Source: a virus
Virus record (IMG/VR): IMGVR_UViG_3300045988_080644
Direction: 5' to 3' (one strand)
Length of the DNA stretch: 64,000 nucleotides
The notes beneath the pieces were generated by a model. The model did no database searches. It saw only the letters and a program-made list of their open reading frames with translations, and was not told the origin of the DNA. Below, piece after piece: positions 1-10,728 of this stretch. Each line of letters opens with the position of its first letter. Within the stretch, counting starts at the first letter, position 1. Made by a program: the position numbers and the translations under genes.

Positions 1-249
1 TGTTTGCGATTGCTACATCCTTAGACTCTGCTGATACTGCTACACTCTTAAAATTCAAAACCTTTGTACTCATAATTATTAAATCCTTATTAAACATTAA
101 TCATTTTCATATCATCTACGAAATACTTATCTAAAACCAGTTTTCTTGACTGATGTAAACAACAATAATCTATTTAGGAAATTATCCAAGGATTATAGTG
201 TTAATTAATGTTAATCTAAATAATTGTACAAATTTTTGATAAAATATTA

Positions 250-597
250 TCAAAATGGTACATAAGAATCTAATAATTTTTTAAGCTGTTTTGGCATATT
301 TTTGAGGGACACTCCATAGTCCGGAAAGTCTTTAACTCCGTACATAAAGTCCTCACAAATAGCACCAAGTGATTTCAGAAAGGTTTCCTTTTCTTCTTTT
401 CCGAAATCTTTCCCTACTTTCAATAAAACATCATAACAAGTGATTTCTTTGTCTTTTTTCCTGAGTTCATTAGTTATATAACAAGTTAAGGCTATTACAG
501 CTAATTTATCACCCAAGTTACTATTTAAAAAATGAACACTAAAGAATTTTTTATATATTGCTAGAGTTTTATTAAAGTCTAAATCTTTAAGTTCCAT
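250..597 (-). CDS. hypothetical protein
   Basis: ORF track; TGA stop; start abuts the stop of the upstream gene; no motif recognised. Confidence 0.6.
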   Translation of the reverse strand: MELKDLDFNKTLAIYKKFFSVHFLNSNLGDKLAVIALTCYITNELRKKDKEITCYDVLLKVGKDFGKEEKETFLKSLGAICEDFMYGVKDFPDYGVSLKNMPKQLKKLLDSYVPF

Positions 598-1622
598 TAA
601 AGAGAATATCCTTTATAGCAAATTAGATATGCTACATGACGTAACAAAGTTCCCAATTCATACATACCTTCCTGTATTTCTTTATTGGTTACAGGTCTAA
701 CTTTAGTATAGTATTGTGGAATGGTAGATACTACTAAATAATTAGCCTTTATTGAAGGTTTTGATATATTATACTCCTTTGCTACATACAAATTTAACAG
801 ATATAAATATTCAGCTAATTCTCTACTATAGTGATACCTATTAATATTATCATCGATAGCAGACACTACTTTACTAATAGTCTTAACATCATTTACAGTA
901 ATAATGTCTTGCTCTGTATCAATAGTAAAATTATCCAGTTTAGCTTTTAAATGTAGTATGGTTTTCTTACCATTAGCACATTCAGCTTCTATATCTAGTA
1001 GAAATGCTTGTTCATTCATAGAAAGAGGAGGGTCTAAGAGTCCTGAAGGATTAAGTAACTCTTGAATTTGTGGATTCTTAGTTAATGCTTCTACACAATT
1101 ATATACAGTATCACGACTCTTATCATCTAAATAGATAAGTTCTTTAGTATTATTTAATTGCGCATTCTTTCTAGCTTTCCAATATGGAATACATTGCTCA
1201 TTTACCCTTTTAATGATATCTGGAGTAAGCTTATTTTTATAGTAATTAACCTTACTTGAAGCTTCTTCAATATCAGAAGTTCTAATGGGATGTTGCAACC
1301 ATACTGGATAAAGTTCATCTGCCATAGCTCCCAATTTAGCAGTAGGTTTACCTAGAGCAGGAGCAAGTTCAAACTGGTCGCCCTGCAAAGAGAGACAATG
1401 AACTGCGGAACCTATAACTAAACTAGAAACAAACCCTTCGTCTTTGAACCCAGCAAAGAAGGCATCTGTTGAACCTCCTTGAAATGGATTAAGTAATCCT
1501 AATCTTGAATTACTTATGTAACTTCCATACTTAGAAGAGAAATACTCTGCATCATCAATTTTAACTAATTTAAGAGTGTCAATTAATGGAGTAAGTTTAA
1601 CTATGTCTCTTAATTTTGCCAT
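597..1622 (-). CDS. hypothetical protein, possible PD-(D/E)XK-type nuclease
   Basis: 341-aa ORF; KLDNF...VNDVKT resembles a D...(D/E)xK nuclease core; the functional call is weak. Confidence 0.5.
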   Translation of the reverse strand: MAKLRDIVKLTPLIDTLKLVKIDDAEYFSSKYGSYISNSRLGLLNPFQGGSTDAFFAGFKDEGFVSSLVIGSAVHCLSLQGDQFELAPALGKPTAKLGAMADELYPVWLQHPIRTSDIEEASSKVNYYKNKLTPDIIKRVNEQCIPYWKARKNAQLNNTKELIYLDDKSRDTVYNCVEALTKNPQIQELLNPSGLLDPPLSMNEQAFLLDIEAECANGKKTILHLKAKLDNFTIDTEQDIITVNDVKTISKVVSAIDDNINRYHYSRELAEYLYLLNLYVAKEYNISKPSIKANYLVVSTIPQYYTKVRPVTNKEIQEGMYELGTLLRHVAYLICYKGYSL

Positions 1623-2122
1623 CCTAAGACATTTAACTCATTCATATATGCATCTAGGATTTCTTCATAATCTAAATTGTAAATGCGAAATTCACACTCC
1701 ACATTTTGATTGTGTGGTCTATCAATAAGAAGGGCAGGTAACCCACTCTGTATAGCTTTAGTTACATTAAATAAACTATCATCTATAAGAACATCACACC
1801 TTCCCTTTATTTTATCAGCTTTATTACCATTTTGATTATAAGTCTGATAAATAGGTTTTATTGGTAAACCATTTTTAATTAAAGAATTACGAGTGTAACT
1901 CTTTTGATTTATACGCTTAGTTGAATAAATATGAGGTTCAAAATTAGGACGCTCTAGTAACTCTAGATTTTCCCAAAATTCTCTGTCATATTGTAACTTA
2001 CGTACATTTCTGGTAATTATATGTTGCACCAAATTACGTTCACCAGGGAAACGTTTTTGATAAGCTTCAAACCACTTTAAAATGGTATCATCTATATCTA
2101 GTGCAATACGTAGGTTATTCAT
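1610..2122 (-). CDS. HAD-superfamily 5'(3')-deoxyribonucleotidase-like phosphatase
   Basis: DIDDT (DxDxT motif I) near the N-terminus and VLIDDS (motif IV); start moved to ATG at 2122 (MNNLRIALDIDDT), giving an 8-nt overlap with the upstream gene. Confidence 0.65.
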   Translation of the reverse strand: MNNLRIALDIDDTILKWFEAYQKRFPGERNLVQHIITRNVRKLQYDREFWENLELLERPNFEPHIYSTKRINQKSYTRNSLIKNGLPIKPIYQTYNQNGNKADKIKGRCDVLIDDSLFNVTKAIQSGLPALLIDRPHNQNVECEFRIYNLDYEEILDAYMNELNVLGWQN

Positions 2123-2342
2123 ATTCTTCAATTTCATGAATGCTTCCCAAGAAAATATCGTGATTATCATATATCAACTGCATAAACTCTTCATAATCAG
2201 TACACTCTGCTAAAGCATCTGAATCAAATTCTTCTGCATAATGTTTAATTACTTTGTCTACACAGTCTTCATAACTATTTGCAGTAATTTTGAGAATATC
2301 ACACTCTCCTGGGTCACTCCAAGGAATCAAATAAGTATTCAT
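2115..2342 (-). CDS. hypothetical acidic protein
   Basis: ORF track; co-oriented and tightly packed with neighbours. Confidence 0.55.
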   Translation of the reverse strand: MNTYLIPWSDPGECDILKITANSYEDCVDKVIKHYAEEFDSDALAECTDYEEFMQLIYDNHDIFLGSIHEIEEYE

Positions 2343-2788
2343 TTTAATTTACTAATTAGTTGGTAAAAGTAATCTATCGGTATAACGGCAACTGTACCAG
2401 GACTTTGCTCCCCATCTTTGCCTGCCTTCTTCCAACACATTACAAAAGGCTTGTCCTTTAAACTACAGGCATCTCTAATTGTAAAATAATTAGGCATGTT
2501 CTGAGTATATTTAGCTTGTATATAACAAGGAACTTCCTCATCACAAATATCCACTTTGTTAGCGTCTAAAGTTTTATCTTTGTTACGGCTAGTCATGCAA
2601 TTAGGATATCCAATTTCCCTTAATTTATGTACAATATCAAGTTCAAAGCTAGATCCCTTTTTCTTACTCTTTTTAGCAGTAAGACTCCTCCTAACAGCAG
2701 GATCTGCCCATTGAAATGTCATTCCATCTTTAGATTTAGCCCCAGAGCCAGGTTTATTAGCTCTAGACTTAATTGAATTAATTGTCAA
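2339..2788 (-). CDS. Holliday-junction-resolvase-like (Hjc/PD-(D/E)XK) nuclease
   Basis: GSSFELDIVHKLREIGY ... DANKVDICDEE ... YIQAKY matches the Hjc pattern G..FE..l...L...G / D / ExK. Confidence 0.5.
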   Translation of the reverse strand: MTINSIKSRANKPGSGAKSKDGMTFQWADPAVRRSLTAKKSKKKGSSFELDIVHKLREIGYPNCMTSRNKDKTLDANKVDICDEEVPCYIQAKYTQNMPNYFTIRDACSLKDKPFVMCWKKAGKDGEQSPGTVAVIPIDYFYQLISKLK

Positions 2789-2868
2789 TTTAGTTACTTC
2801 GGAAGCTTCTTCTATTGTTTGGAATGTTTGTGTGTCGCCATTCTTATATTTTACTGTTACACTAGTAT

Positions 2869-3873
2869 TTAGCTATGTCTTTCCCATTCTTTTATATATT
2901 TAATAGATTCTTTAATAAATTTAATAGTTCCCTTTCTCCCATACTTCTTATAGAAATCACTAATATCCTTAGCCCCATACCTTCTAGGTATAATACAAGG
3001 AATTAAGAAATCATATTTTCTACGCAGTACATTAGTATAATGTATTCCTGTAAGATCTGAATCAAATAAAAGTACTATTTTATCAAATCTCTGCCTTAAA
3101 TCTTCTAAGATAGTATTAGAAATAAATTGAGTTTCACTTTGTGGAGCACATGCGGGTATTCCCATACCATATAAGCAAGCACAATCTTTTAAACTCTTAG
3201 TTATTACTAATAACTTACCATTTTTGGGTAATTGTCTATAACCTTGAATAGTTTTAGTAGATATATTACCTATAAATCTGTAATCAGACCTTTTCGGATA
3301 ATATATTTTCCACTGTTCTACATGTTCTTTCTTTCCAAAATAATATCCATAACTAGGACACTTTGAAGTAGATTGACTAAATATAGAACCATTTAAAAAG
3401 ACTGTTCTACAACTAAATATTCTATACTTATTTAATATAGGTTTAGTTATACCATACTGATTCCACCATTTTAGTTCCTCTTCAGAAAATTCTTGTGCCT
3501 CTATTTGAATGAAAGTTTGTTTGTCTCCTTTAAATTCAGCTTGCTTAACTACGGGTTTAGATATAGGAGATTCTCCCTTAATAAATCCAAAGTCTTTAGC
3601 TATAATTCTCAAAGCCTCATGGTAGTTACAATTAAACTTTTTCATTACAACATTTTCAAAGGCAAAGCATTCCCCAGTAGCAAAATCTTTAAAGTAAAGT
3701 CTGCCAGATTTACCTCTAAAAAATCCACAAGTTTTATGATGGTCAGAACGTAGAGGAGACACATACAAGCCTTTATCTACAGGTATTCCTAGATAATAAC
3801 TCATATATGTCTCCTCATTGTTTTCACTTAGAAGAAACTCCCTAGTAACTTTAGGTTCAAAACTAAAGTCCAT
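2869..3873 (-). CDS. DNA primase (Toprim domain, DnaG-like)
   Basis: LLVITKSLKD and LLFDSDLTG (Toprim E...DxD pattern); N-terminal His/Cys-containing region; lies in the replication module. Confidence 0.6.
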   Translation of the reverse strand: MDFSFEPKVTREFLLSENNEETYMSYYLGIPVDKGLYVSPLRSDHHKTCGFFRGKSGRLYFKDFATGECFAFENVVMKKFNCNYHEALRIIAKDFGFIKGESPISKPVVKQAEFKGDKQTFIQIEAQEFSEEELKWWNQYGITKPILNKYRIFSCRTVFLNGSIFSQSTSKCPSYGYYFGKKEHVEQWKIYYPKRSDYRFIGNISTKTIQGYRQLPKNGKLLVITKSLKDCACLYGMGIPACAPQSETQFISNTILEDLRQRFDKIVLLFDSDLTGIHYTNVLRRKYDFLIPCIIPRRYGAKDISDFYKKYGRKGTIKFIKESIKYIKEWERHS

Positions 3874-3887
3874 AGAGAATTATTTAA

Positions 3888-4577
3888 TTAAAGCAAGCTA
3901 TCGAGATCCAAATCATCCTTAGGAGCTTCATCTACTCCTGCTGTATCTGCGACAGCTTTATCTGGGTCAGTAGGAGTTGACTTCAAATACTCATCACGCT
4001 TACCCGCCTCATAATCAGACCAGAAGAGCTTTGGACCAATATAATTGTCACAAATAAATGCTTCTCCCTCCTTATTCAAAGCCAAGATACGTGGAATCTG
4101 AGCAACTACCTTACCGTCACGATTCTTACCTGTCAATTTAATTTTAATATCTGTATCAATAGCTGGTGTAGTTACTTTAATGAAAGTCTTTGCAACATCA
4201 TCAAAGCTCTTAAATTTAACACTCAGCTTTTGCATCTGTTCAAAACCTTTAGGGTTAAGAATCTGTGCAGTCTGTTTTACTATTGCCATAGTGGTCTCAA
4301 ATGAGGAAGCCATCTGAACTTTACCACCATTAGCACCATCAAATTCTGGTCGTACGTCATCACCATCTTTAGGGAAGAACAAATCTACACTAAAGTAGCC
4401 ATCCTCATTTTCATATTTAATGGAGAGCAACTTATAATGAGCATTAGGGTCTTTCTTACCGTTAAACTCACGAATTTCAGCTCCCTTAAACTTTACATCA
4501 TGGATTTCCCATGGTGCGAGTGGACGACGACTGTTACGAACTGCAGAATCAGATGAAATAGCAAAATTAAATGACAT
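3888..4577 (-). CDS. putative single-stranded DNA-binding protein
   Basis: Position between primase and helicase genes; acidic C-terminal tail DDLDLDSLL typical of SSB tips; no direct OB-fold evidence. Confidence 0.45.
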   Translation of the reverse strand: MSFNFAISSDSAVRNSRRPLAPWEIHDVKFKGAEIREFNGKKDPNAHYKLLSIKYENEDGYFSVDLFFPKDGDDVRPEFDGANGGKVQMASSFETTMAIVKQTAQILNPKGFEQMQKLSVKFKSFDDVAKTFIKVTTPAIDTDIKIKLTGKNRDGKVVAQIPRILALNKEGEAFICDNYIGPKLFWSDYEAGKRDEYLKSTPTDPDKAVADTAGVDEAPKDDLDLDSLL

Positions 4578-4658
4578 ATATTATATAATTTTCAAAATTT
4601 AAGTAATCATAATCTAATAAATTAATTGTTATCTAATATATTTAATTAACTCTATTTA

Positions 4659-5219
4659 TTAGAGAGTATAACTCAGACCAGATAGGTCTGTAGATTCCTC
4701 TTCTATAGCATCCAAGTTAGTTATATCAAGCTCGTCTTCAATATTAACTAACTCTTTTGGAACCTCTTGTTCTTCAGGCATTTTGTCTCCTACAAGCCAA
4801 TAAATACCCTCATCTTCAGTTGGTTCCATTTTAAAGGTAGTACCATATCCTGCTAACTTCTTATTATTAGCACCTCCATATCGTACAGTATTCTTACCTG
4901 AAAGTAAATTACCTCCCTTAGATTTAAAAGCAGCATCTGTTCCAATCTTTGGAAGCAGCTGTTTGCCTTTCTTGTCATACTTGATGTCTATACGACAGTC
5001 TTCACAGACTTGTAATAAATCAACTGCTCCTTGGGTAAGCGTTAATTTAGTAGAATCAAGTGTTACAATAGGCTCAGGGTTTTCGTCTTTCTTAGTAGAA
5101 CTCTTTCTAGAGGTAGAAGTTTTCTTAGCAGTGTCTACCTTAATCTCATCTTTACCAATAAAAGTGATTTCTCCTGTTGCCTCATCAACAGAATAGTGCA
5201 TTACAATATCCAGCTTCAT
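4659..5219 (-). CDS. hypothetical protein (acidic C-terminus)
   Basis: ORF track; co-oriented and tightly packed. Confidence 0.6.
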   Translation of the reverse strand: MKLDIVMHYSVDEATGEITFIGKDEIKVDTAKKTSTSRKSSTKKDENPEPIVTLDSTKLTLTQGAVDLLQVCEDCRIDIKYDKKGKQLLPKIGTDAAFKSKGGNLLSGKNTVRYGGANNKKLAGYGTTFKMEPTEDEGIYWLVGDKMPEEQEVPKELVNIEDELDITNLDAIEEESTDLSGLSYTL

Positions 5220-5256
5220 ATATTCAATAATTAGTTAATTAGTTAGTTAAATAGTC

Positions 5257-5952
5257 TTAATCTTCGTTTTCAAATGCATTGATAGTATCTATAACTAGTT
5301 TCATATCAGGCTCAATATATTTTTCATCGAAACAGCCTGCCACACTTCTACAAGTATCATTACCATCTGTTCTAGTCTTAAAACGATAATGTACTTCCCC
5401 ATCTACATCATCCACATAACGCTCAGAATAAATAATATATGAGAACAAACCATCAAGATTTATCTGATTTATCAACATTTTGCCCGTGGTCCACAATCTA
5501 TACTGTGGATCTAGTTCAGTACCAAAATTCTCTATATGAGAAATAACTACAATGGTTAAATCATCTCTAAGAAGTTGACACTCTGCTAACAAATCATAGT
5601 AATTCTTCGCCATAGTTACGAATTTATCATAGCCCTTGATACTAGCGTTCTCAAAAGTCTCATTTGAGAGTAAATAATTCAAATCATCAAGAACTATTAC
5701 CTTTATATCTTGCCTAGAATCAGAAATCATATGTAATACATTCTCAATTTTAGTATAATTATTCTGAACATACCAATTGCCAATAAGCTTCTTATCCTTG
5801 ATAGCCACTTTAGGATACTTCTTGCGAAATCCTGGAATTTGAAGTTGTTTATTAGTACAGCTTATAATGAATGTAGACTCTGGGTCAAGAGTACGGAGAC
5901 TAGTTGATTTTCCGGAATTTGAAAGGCCTGCTAAACACACTAAATTCGACAT
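5257..5952 (-). CDS. P-loop ATPase (RecA/Sak4-like fold suspected)
   Basis: Walker A GLSNSGKST and Walker B VIVLDD. Confidence 0.65.
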   Translation of the reverse strand: MSNLVCLAGLSNSGKSTSLRTLDPESTFIISCTNKQLQIPGFRKKYPKVAIKDKKLIGNWYVQNNYTKIENVLHMISDSRQDIKVIVLDDLNYLLSNETFENASIKGYDKFVTMAKNYYDLLAECQLLRDDLTIVVISHIENFGTELDPQYRLWTTGKMLINQINLDGLFSYIIYSERYVDDVDGEVHYRFKTRTDGNDTCRSVAGCFDEKYIEPDMKLVIDTINAFENED

Positions 5953-5956
5953 ATTT

Positions 5957-7090
5957 TTATAATATAAATGAAAGATTTGAATTATTATCTATTTCTTTTG
6001 GCTCATCTATATTATTAAGTTCAACATTTAATTGCTGAACACCATCTTCTAATAAATAATTAGGACTAGTATATTTCTCCCAGTCAAATATATTCTCAGG
6101 TTTAGGTAAATCTGCATAATGACTACAATCACCATAAAAACCAGTAGGAATCATTAAGTCAGAAGAACCAAATCTACTCTTTAAGATAAATACACCAATA
6201 AAACACTGCTCCAGTATCTTGATATTATATTTCTTATAAGTAGATAATTTATATTTATGTGGACTAAATAAACCTATAGCTACTTGTGAATCCTCAAGTA
6301 ATGATCCACTGTCTTTATAGTCTTCCATAGATGGGTCTTGTAGACCTTGTTTCATTCTCTCTTGACCATTAGCATTTCTATTAAACTGAGAAATCATTAT
6401 AGGAGATACAATTTTAGTATTATTTCTGATTTGAACAGAATCTCTAGAAATTGCATCAATTTCATCTTTCTTAGTTCGACCACCACTTGCCTTTACCAAG
6501 GTCATATGGTCAATCATAATACCAAGGAACATGTTAGGATTATTTGGAATGTATTTGCCATTCTCAAATTTACCCCATTTCAATAATTCCTCATTTACTT
6601 CCTTTAAATAGACTGCCTCTGTAAGACTACCCTCATAAAAAGATAATCTTTCATCAAGAATTCTAATAAAGTCAGTACTCTTAGTTAGGAGTTCATATTC
6701 TTCATCAGATAATACACAGTCCTTTCCTCTAGAGAATATCTGCTTAAATCGCAGTTCAACTCCATAATTGTCAAATATGTACATACTAACTAATTTAGCA
6801 TATACTTGACTACGAGTCATCTCTAGTGAGAATAATAACCATCTAGGGTCTCTTTCTGGACTATCCCCATTTAAATAATGCATTAATGGTTGATATACAT
6901 AAGTCCAGAGCGCCCAGGTAGATTTACCACTGCCTGAAGCACCTCCTATTAAATAAGAGGTACCTGGAAGAACTCCATCAGTATATAAATCTAACTTAGG
7001 TGAACCTGTACTAAGTCCTATATTGTGTCCTTCTCTTCCTTCTTTAACTAATTGAAAGAACTCCTCTAAACCACTAATTTTCTCTGCCAT
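5957..7090 (-). CDS. DnaB-like replicative helicase
   Basis: Walker A GGASGSGKST, Walker B IMIDHM, RecA-type C-terminal domain layout. Confidence 0.7.
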   Translation of the reverse strand: MAEKISGLEEFFQLVKEGREGHNIGLSTGSPKLDLYTDGVLPGTSYLIGGASGSGKSTWALWTYVYQPLMHYLNGDSPERDPRWLLFSLEMTRSQVYAKLVSMYIFDNYGVELRFKQIFSRGKDCVLSDEEYELLTKSTDFIRILDERLSFYEGSLTEAVYLKEVNEELLKWGKFENGKYIPNNPNMFLGIMIDHMTLVKASGGRTKKDEIDAISRDSVQIRNNTKIVSPIMISQFNRNANGQERMKQGLQDPSMEDYKDSGSLLEDSQVAIGLFSPHKYKLSTYKKYNIKILEQCFIGVFILKSRFGSSDLMIPTGFYGDCSHYADLPKPENIFDWEKYTSPNYLLEDGVQQLNVELNNIDEPKEIDNNSNLSFIL

Positions 7091-7099
7091 AATATTTAA

Positions 7100-7705
7100 T
7101 TACACAACCTTAATGGCATCAAAATTAGTATTAGCTAAATCTCCATTACGAAGAGCTTCTAATTCATCCCATCTATGATCTATTACAAAGTTACACAGAC
7201 TTACACAGAGAATATTATTCTCTCGAGCCCATTTAACTAATTCAATAATATGGTCATGAGTTTCCTGTTTCCACCTAATAGTCTTTCCATAGAAGCGATA
7301 AAAGTCTTCTAGACTATCAAACTTCTTAGAAACACTACGTATACCAACTGGATTCCCATTGATAAAACCGAATTGAGGATATTCTTCAAATAATTCTTTA
7401 CCTAATTCAAAAGAACACTTATAAAAGTCTTTTACAAGATTTCTATTAATAGGAATACTAAATAAATCTAATCGTTCACCTTTCTTAGGCAACTTATAAG
7501 ACTTTAATATTACTCCTACTTCTTGTAATCTAATTAATTGTTCCAATAGGCTTCCCTTTGCCTCTGATTGAAAATAAAGCTGGACAAGTTCTGCATCGTC
7601 ACCCTCTTGAGCGATGAGAATAATTTCTAGCAACAATAATTGATTTGCATCAATTTTATATTTTTCACAAAATACAAGTTGCTGTTTAAGTTCTAAATTC
7701 TTCAC
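7100..7705 (-). CDS. hypothetical protein
   Basis: ORF track; tightly packed. Confidence 0.6.
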   Translation of the reverse strand: MKNLELKQQLVFCEKYKIDANQLLLLEIILIAQEGDDAELVQLYFQSEAKGSLLEQLIRLQEVGVILKSYKLPKKGERLDLFSIPINRNLVKDFYKCSFELGKELFEEYPQFGFINGNPVGIRSVSKKFDSLEDFYRFYGKTIRWKQETHDHIIELVKWARENNILCVSLCNFVIDHRWDELEALRNGDLANTNFDAIKVV

Positions 7706-7794
7706 GTATAATTAACATATTTAGCTAGTTAACACTAGACTTGTAATACTTGTTATAGCTTTAGAGTCTAGTTACGTGAATATTATAGACTTAT

Positions 7795-7980
7795 CTATTC
7801 AGCAGTTTCTTCAGCCACTGGATTCATTTCGAAGTCAGGTTCAAAAACAACCTCATGTGCATATTCCAAATCCTCTATTTTCTTTTGCAATTTTGAAATT
7901 TGCTTCTTCAAGGACTTATTTTCACGTAAAAGAGCACTCTTCATTGAATTGTACTCTTTCTTTGTATAATACATTTCCAT
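7795..7980 (-). CDS. hypothetical coiled-coil protein
   Basis: ORF 7795..8058 trimmed to the internal ATG at 7980 to avoid a 68-nt overlap with the helicase gene. Confidence 0.45.
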   Translation of the reverse strand: MEMYYTKKEYNSMKSALLRENKSLKKQISKLQKKIEDLEYAHEVVFEPDFEMNPVAEETAE

Positions 7981-7990
7981 TTCTAATGTC

Positions 7991-9274
7991 TTAAAACCTA
8001 AATGTAAAATTCTTAATCTTTCTTTTATAAAGCTCGTATGGTTCGCCTTTAAGAACATGCATTAAATTTTCTACATCAATAATTTCAATCTGAGAATCCT
8101 TTTTAGCATTTTGCATCCATTTAGTTTCTACAGTATCATTAATTACTAATGTAAAAAATTCAGCACCTAGTTTACCCTTTGCTAATCGTACTACTCTTCC
8201 AAGAGACTGTACAGCTTTAGTTTTACTACTATCTATGCCAGTTTGTATACCTACTGATAAATCAGGTACATTTAAGCCTTCAATTGCCATCTTACAGCTA
8301 TTTAATACTCCGCTTGGCATTTTAGAAAACTCTTCTAGTGTTATTCTATTCTTCTTTTTACCTTCTTTACCAGTATAAACATATCCCTCTTTATAAGCTT
8401 CAGCCATAGCGGTATTAGCATTAAAAGTAACAATCTTCTTATCACTTCTATACTTAATTATCTCTTTAGCTATTCTTATTTTTTCAGGATGATTTTGTAC
8501 AAACTTCTTTCTAGACTGCATAGTTTTCATAAAACCCATAGCATGAAATGTGACAGATTTTAAATAGTCCTTTTGCATAGCATAATCATCAGGATAGGTA
8601 TCCTTACAATATTGCCATCTATTAGTAAAACCATTTTTACCTGTCATAGACATAACCTTGTTGAAGTCCCATTGAAAGAATTCAAAGTGTTCATTAAATT
8701 CTTTATTATATTTCTGATAAACATCAATATCAGGAACATCAATGACAACTACATAGTCTTTATATTTAGCTACCCACCCATTAAAGAGGGCATCTTCCAT
8801 AGTTATAGTGTCTACAACTGGAGCATATTTAGCTAAAATTTCATGTCTTCCATCCAGTCTTTCAAAAGTAGCAGTTAAACCAAGTATCAATTTAAACTTA
8901 GTATTTGTAAGAACATTACTAAGAACTTCACTATTGATTTTATGGGCTTCATCAATAATTAGTAAATCACAAGACCATTCCTTTTTAGATGCTCCCATCA
9001 TTACTCTTACATCAGTATTAAATCCTAAACCTCTCTCATCAAGTTCTTTAGACCATTGTTCTCTTAAATTATCAAAAGGTACTACTACTAGTACTGACAT
9101 TGCAGGATATTTTGATCGTAATTTAGTTATTGCATTTAAAGCCACTCTAGTCTTACCAAATCCAGTGCATCCTACAATAGTCCCGTGTCCTTTAGCTTTA
9201 ATCCAAGCTTTAAGTGCTTGAGCCTGCCTTTCATCCCGAGAAACAGGCTCAAATAAATCGTGCATTACTGGCAC
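7991..9274 (-). CDS. SF2 (DEAD/DEAH-box) helicase
   Basis: Motif I GCTGFGKT, motif II LLIIDEAH, motif III GLTAT, motif VI QSLGRVVR. Confidence 0.85.
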   Translation of the reverse strand: MPVMHDLFEPVSRDERQAQALKAWIKAKGHGTIVGCTGFGKTRVALNAITKLRSKYPAMSVLVVVPFDNLREQWSKELDERGLGFNTDVRVMMGASKKEWSCDLLIIDEAHKINSEVLSNVLTNTKFKLILGLTATFERLDGRHEILAKYAPVVDTITMEDALFNGWVAKYKDYVVVIDVPDIDVYQKYNKEFNEHFEFFQWDFNKVMSMTGKNGFTNRWQYCKDTYPDDYAMQKDYLKSVTFHAMGFMKTMQSRKKFVQNHPEKIRIAKEIIKYRSDKKIVTFNANTAMAEAYKEGYVYTGKEGKKKNRITLEEFSKMPSGVLNSCKMAIEGLNVPDLSVGIQTGIDSSKTKAVQSLGRVVRLAKGKLGAEFFTLVINDTVETKWMQNAKKDSQIEIIDVENLMHVLKGEPYELYKRKIKNFTFRF

Positions 9275-9307
9275 TTATGACAATATTTTCACTAGTATGC
9301 TAACTTA

Positions 9308-10177
9308 TTACAAGTCAGCACGTGTTACATCCCAACCTTTATCTGCAGCAACTTTATTAATTTCATCAATCTTAGTAAGCCATTGCTTAGCCTGCTCTTC
9401 ACACTGAATCTGAAAACGATACAGAATTTTATTAGAAAGTAACTTAAGCTGCTCACTAGTTAAGTTAGAATATTTATCTCTCTGCAGCATATAGATTGCC
9501 TTAAACTCAGTATAAGACAAACCAGTGTCACAAATACGTAAATACTGATTAGGTCTCAAACTAATCCTAAGTTCTTCCTTAACTACATCAAGACGATTTC
9601 TAGCCTTACCAGTCTCAGGGTCTTTACGATACAAATCCTTTTGCATCTCACGTGGAGTAAACCACAGACCCATTTTAAGAATAAAGTTAAGTGTGATATG
9701 GCTATTATCAAAAATTCCCAAAAGGTCAAGACAAGCATCCATTACCAATTTAACAGGTACCTGCTGATAATCGATAGGAAGACCATCCATTACCTTACTA
9801 ATAGGGAATGATTTAATAGCCTCTGGGGTTAGTGTATCTTTATTGTTACTAATTAACTTTCGTAAATCTTCTAAACATCTTGTGTTAGAATACTGCTTCT
9901 CAGACATGAGCCATCTTACAAGAAGTTCTGCTCTACAACGACTAATTTGATCCTGTACAATCTCAAGTAAGGTAACTCTTCCTGGATTTTTAGAATCCTC
10001 ATTATAAAGCATTTGCTGACAATGACGATACCACTGCTTAAGCTGATCAAAGGAAGCATCAATCATTAAGATTTCTTGCTGCTCTCCATTAACCTTTGGA
10101 CCTTTCCATACATAAGTAGTAATATCACTTGCCTTTTTACTCATAGCTGCCTGAAGCTTATCTCCTAATACTGTCAT
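9308..10177 (-). CDS. hypothetical protein
   Basis: ORF track; tightly packed. Confidence 0.6.
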   Translation of the reverse strand: MTVLGDKLQAAMSKKASDITTYVWKGPKVNGEQQEILMIDASFDQLKQWYRHCQQMLYNEDSKNPGRVTLLEIVQDQISRCRAELLVRWLMSEKQYSNTRCLEDLRKLISNNKDTLTPEAIKSFPISKVMDGLPIDYQQVPVKLVMDACLDLLGIFDNSHITLNFILKMGLWFTPREMQKDLYRKDPETGKARNRLDVVKEELRISLRPNQYLRICDTGLSYTEFKAIYMLQRDKYSNLTSEQLKLLSNKILYRFQIQCEEQAKQWLTKIDEINKVAADKGWDVTRADL

Positions 10178-10237
10178 ATAATTAAATTCAAATAATGTTT
10201 CATAGTAATCTAATAATTAATAATCTACAATATAAAT

Positions 10238-10555
10238 TTAATCTAAAATAATTTCACTTATATCAACTTTAGGTTTATCCTCAATAAACTTGAGGAATAT
10301 GACATTAGTATATTTATAAGGTATTAGGTTCTGACCATCAAACCATGTATCTTTTCCTCCTTCTACATATCTTATATTTAAATATCCAATTTCATCAATT
10401 TCGATACTTTTCTGCTCCCAATTAGGAAATCGGACACACATTATATATCTAAAGTCCTCATCCTTAGGATTCAAATCTTCAAATACATAATTAGTATATC
10501 CCATTCCATCTATTTGTTCCGCAACTAGCTTAGCATGAATTGTTATTTGCTCCAT
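10238..10555 (-). CDS. hypothetical protein
   Basis: ORF track. Confidence 0.6.
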   Translation of the reverse strand: MEQITIHAKLVAEQIDGMGYTNYVFEDLNPKDEDFRYIMCVRFPNWEQKSIEIDEIGYLNIRYVEGGKDTWFDGQNLIPYKYTNVIFLKFIEDKPKVDISEIILD

Positions 10556-10728
10556 TAATGAAACACATTCATATCATCAAAGTGCTTACATCCATATTTA
10601 GCAAAATCACTATATAACTTATCCATATTAGCTATACATGGATATTTTAAACATCTTTTACAACTTCTTTCTGGATGTTTATAAGTTAATCCATTTGGAT
10701 CTTTATAGTTTACTTTACCAATAGGCAT
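10555..10728 (-). CDS. small Cys-rich protein (57 aa)
   Basis: Hand-translated as MPIGKVNYKDPNGLTYKHPERSCKRCLKYPC...GCKHFDDMNVFH; TAATG stop/start overlap with the downstream gene; below the ORF-track size cutoff. Confidence 0.4.
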   Translation of the reverse strand: MPIGKVNYKDPNGLTYKHPERSCKRCLKYPCIANMDKLYSDFAKYGCKHFDDMNVFH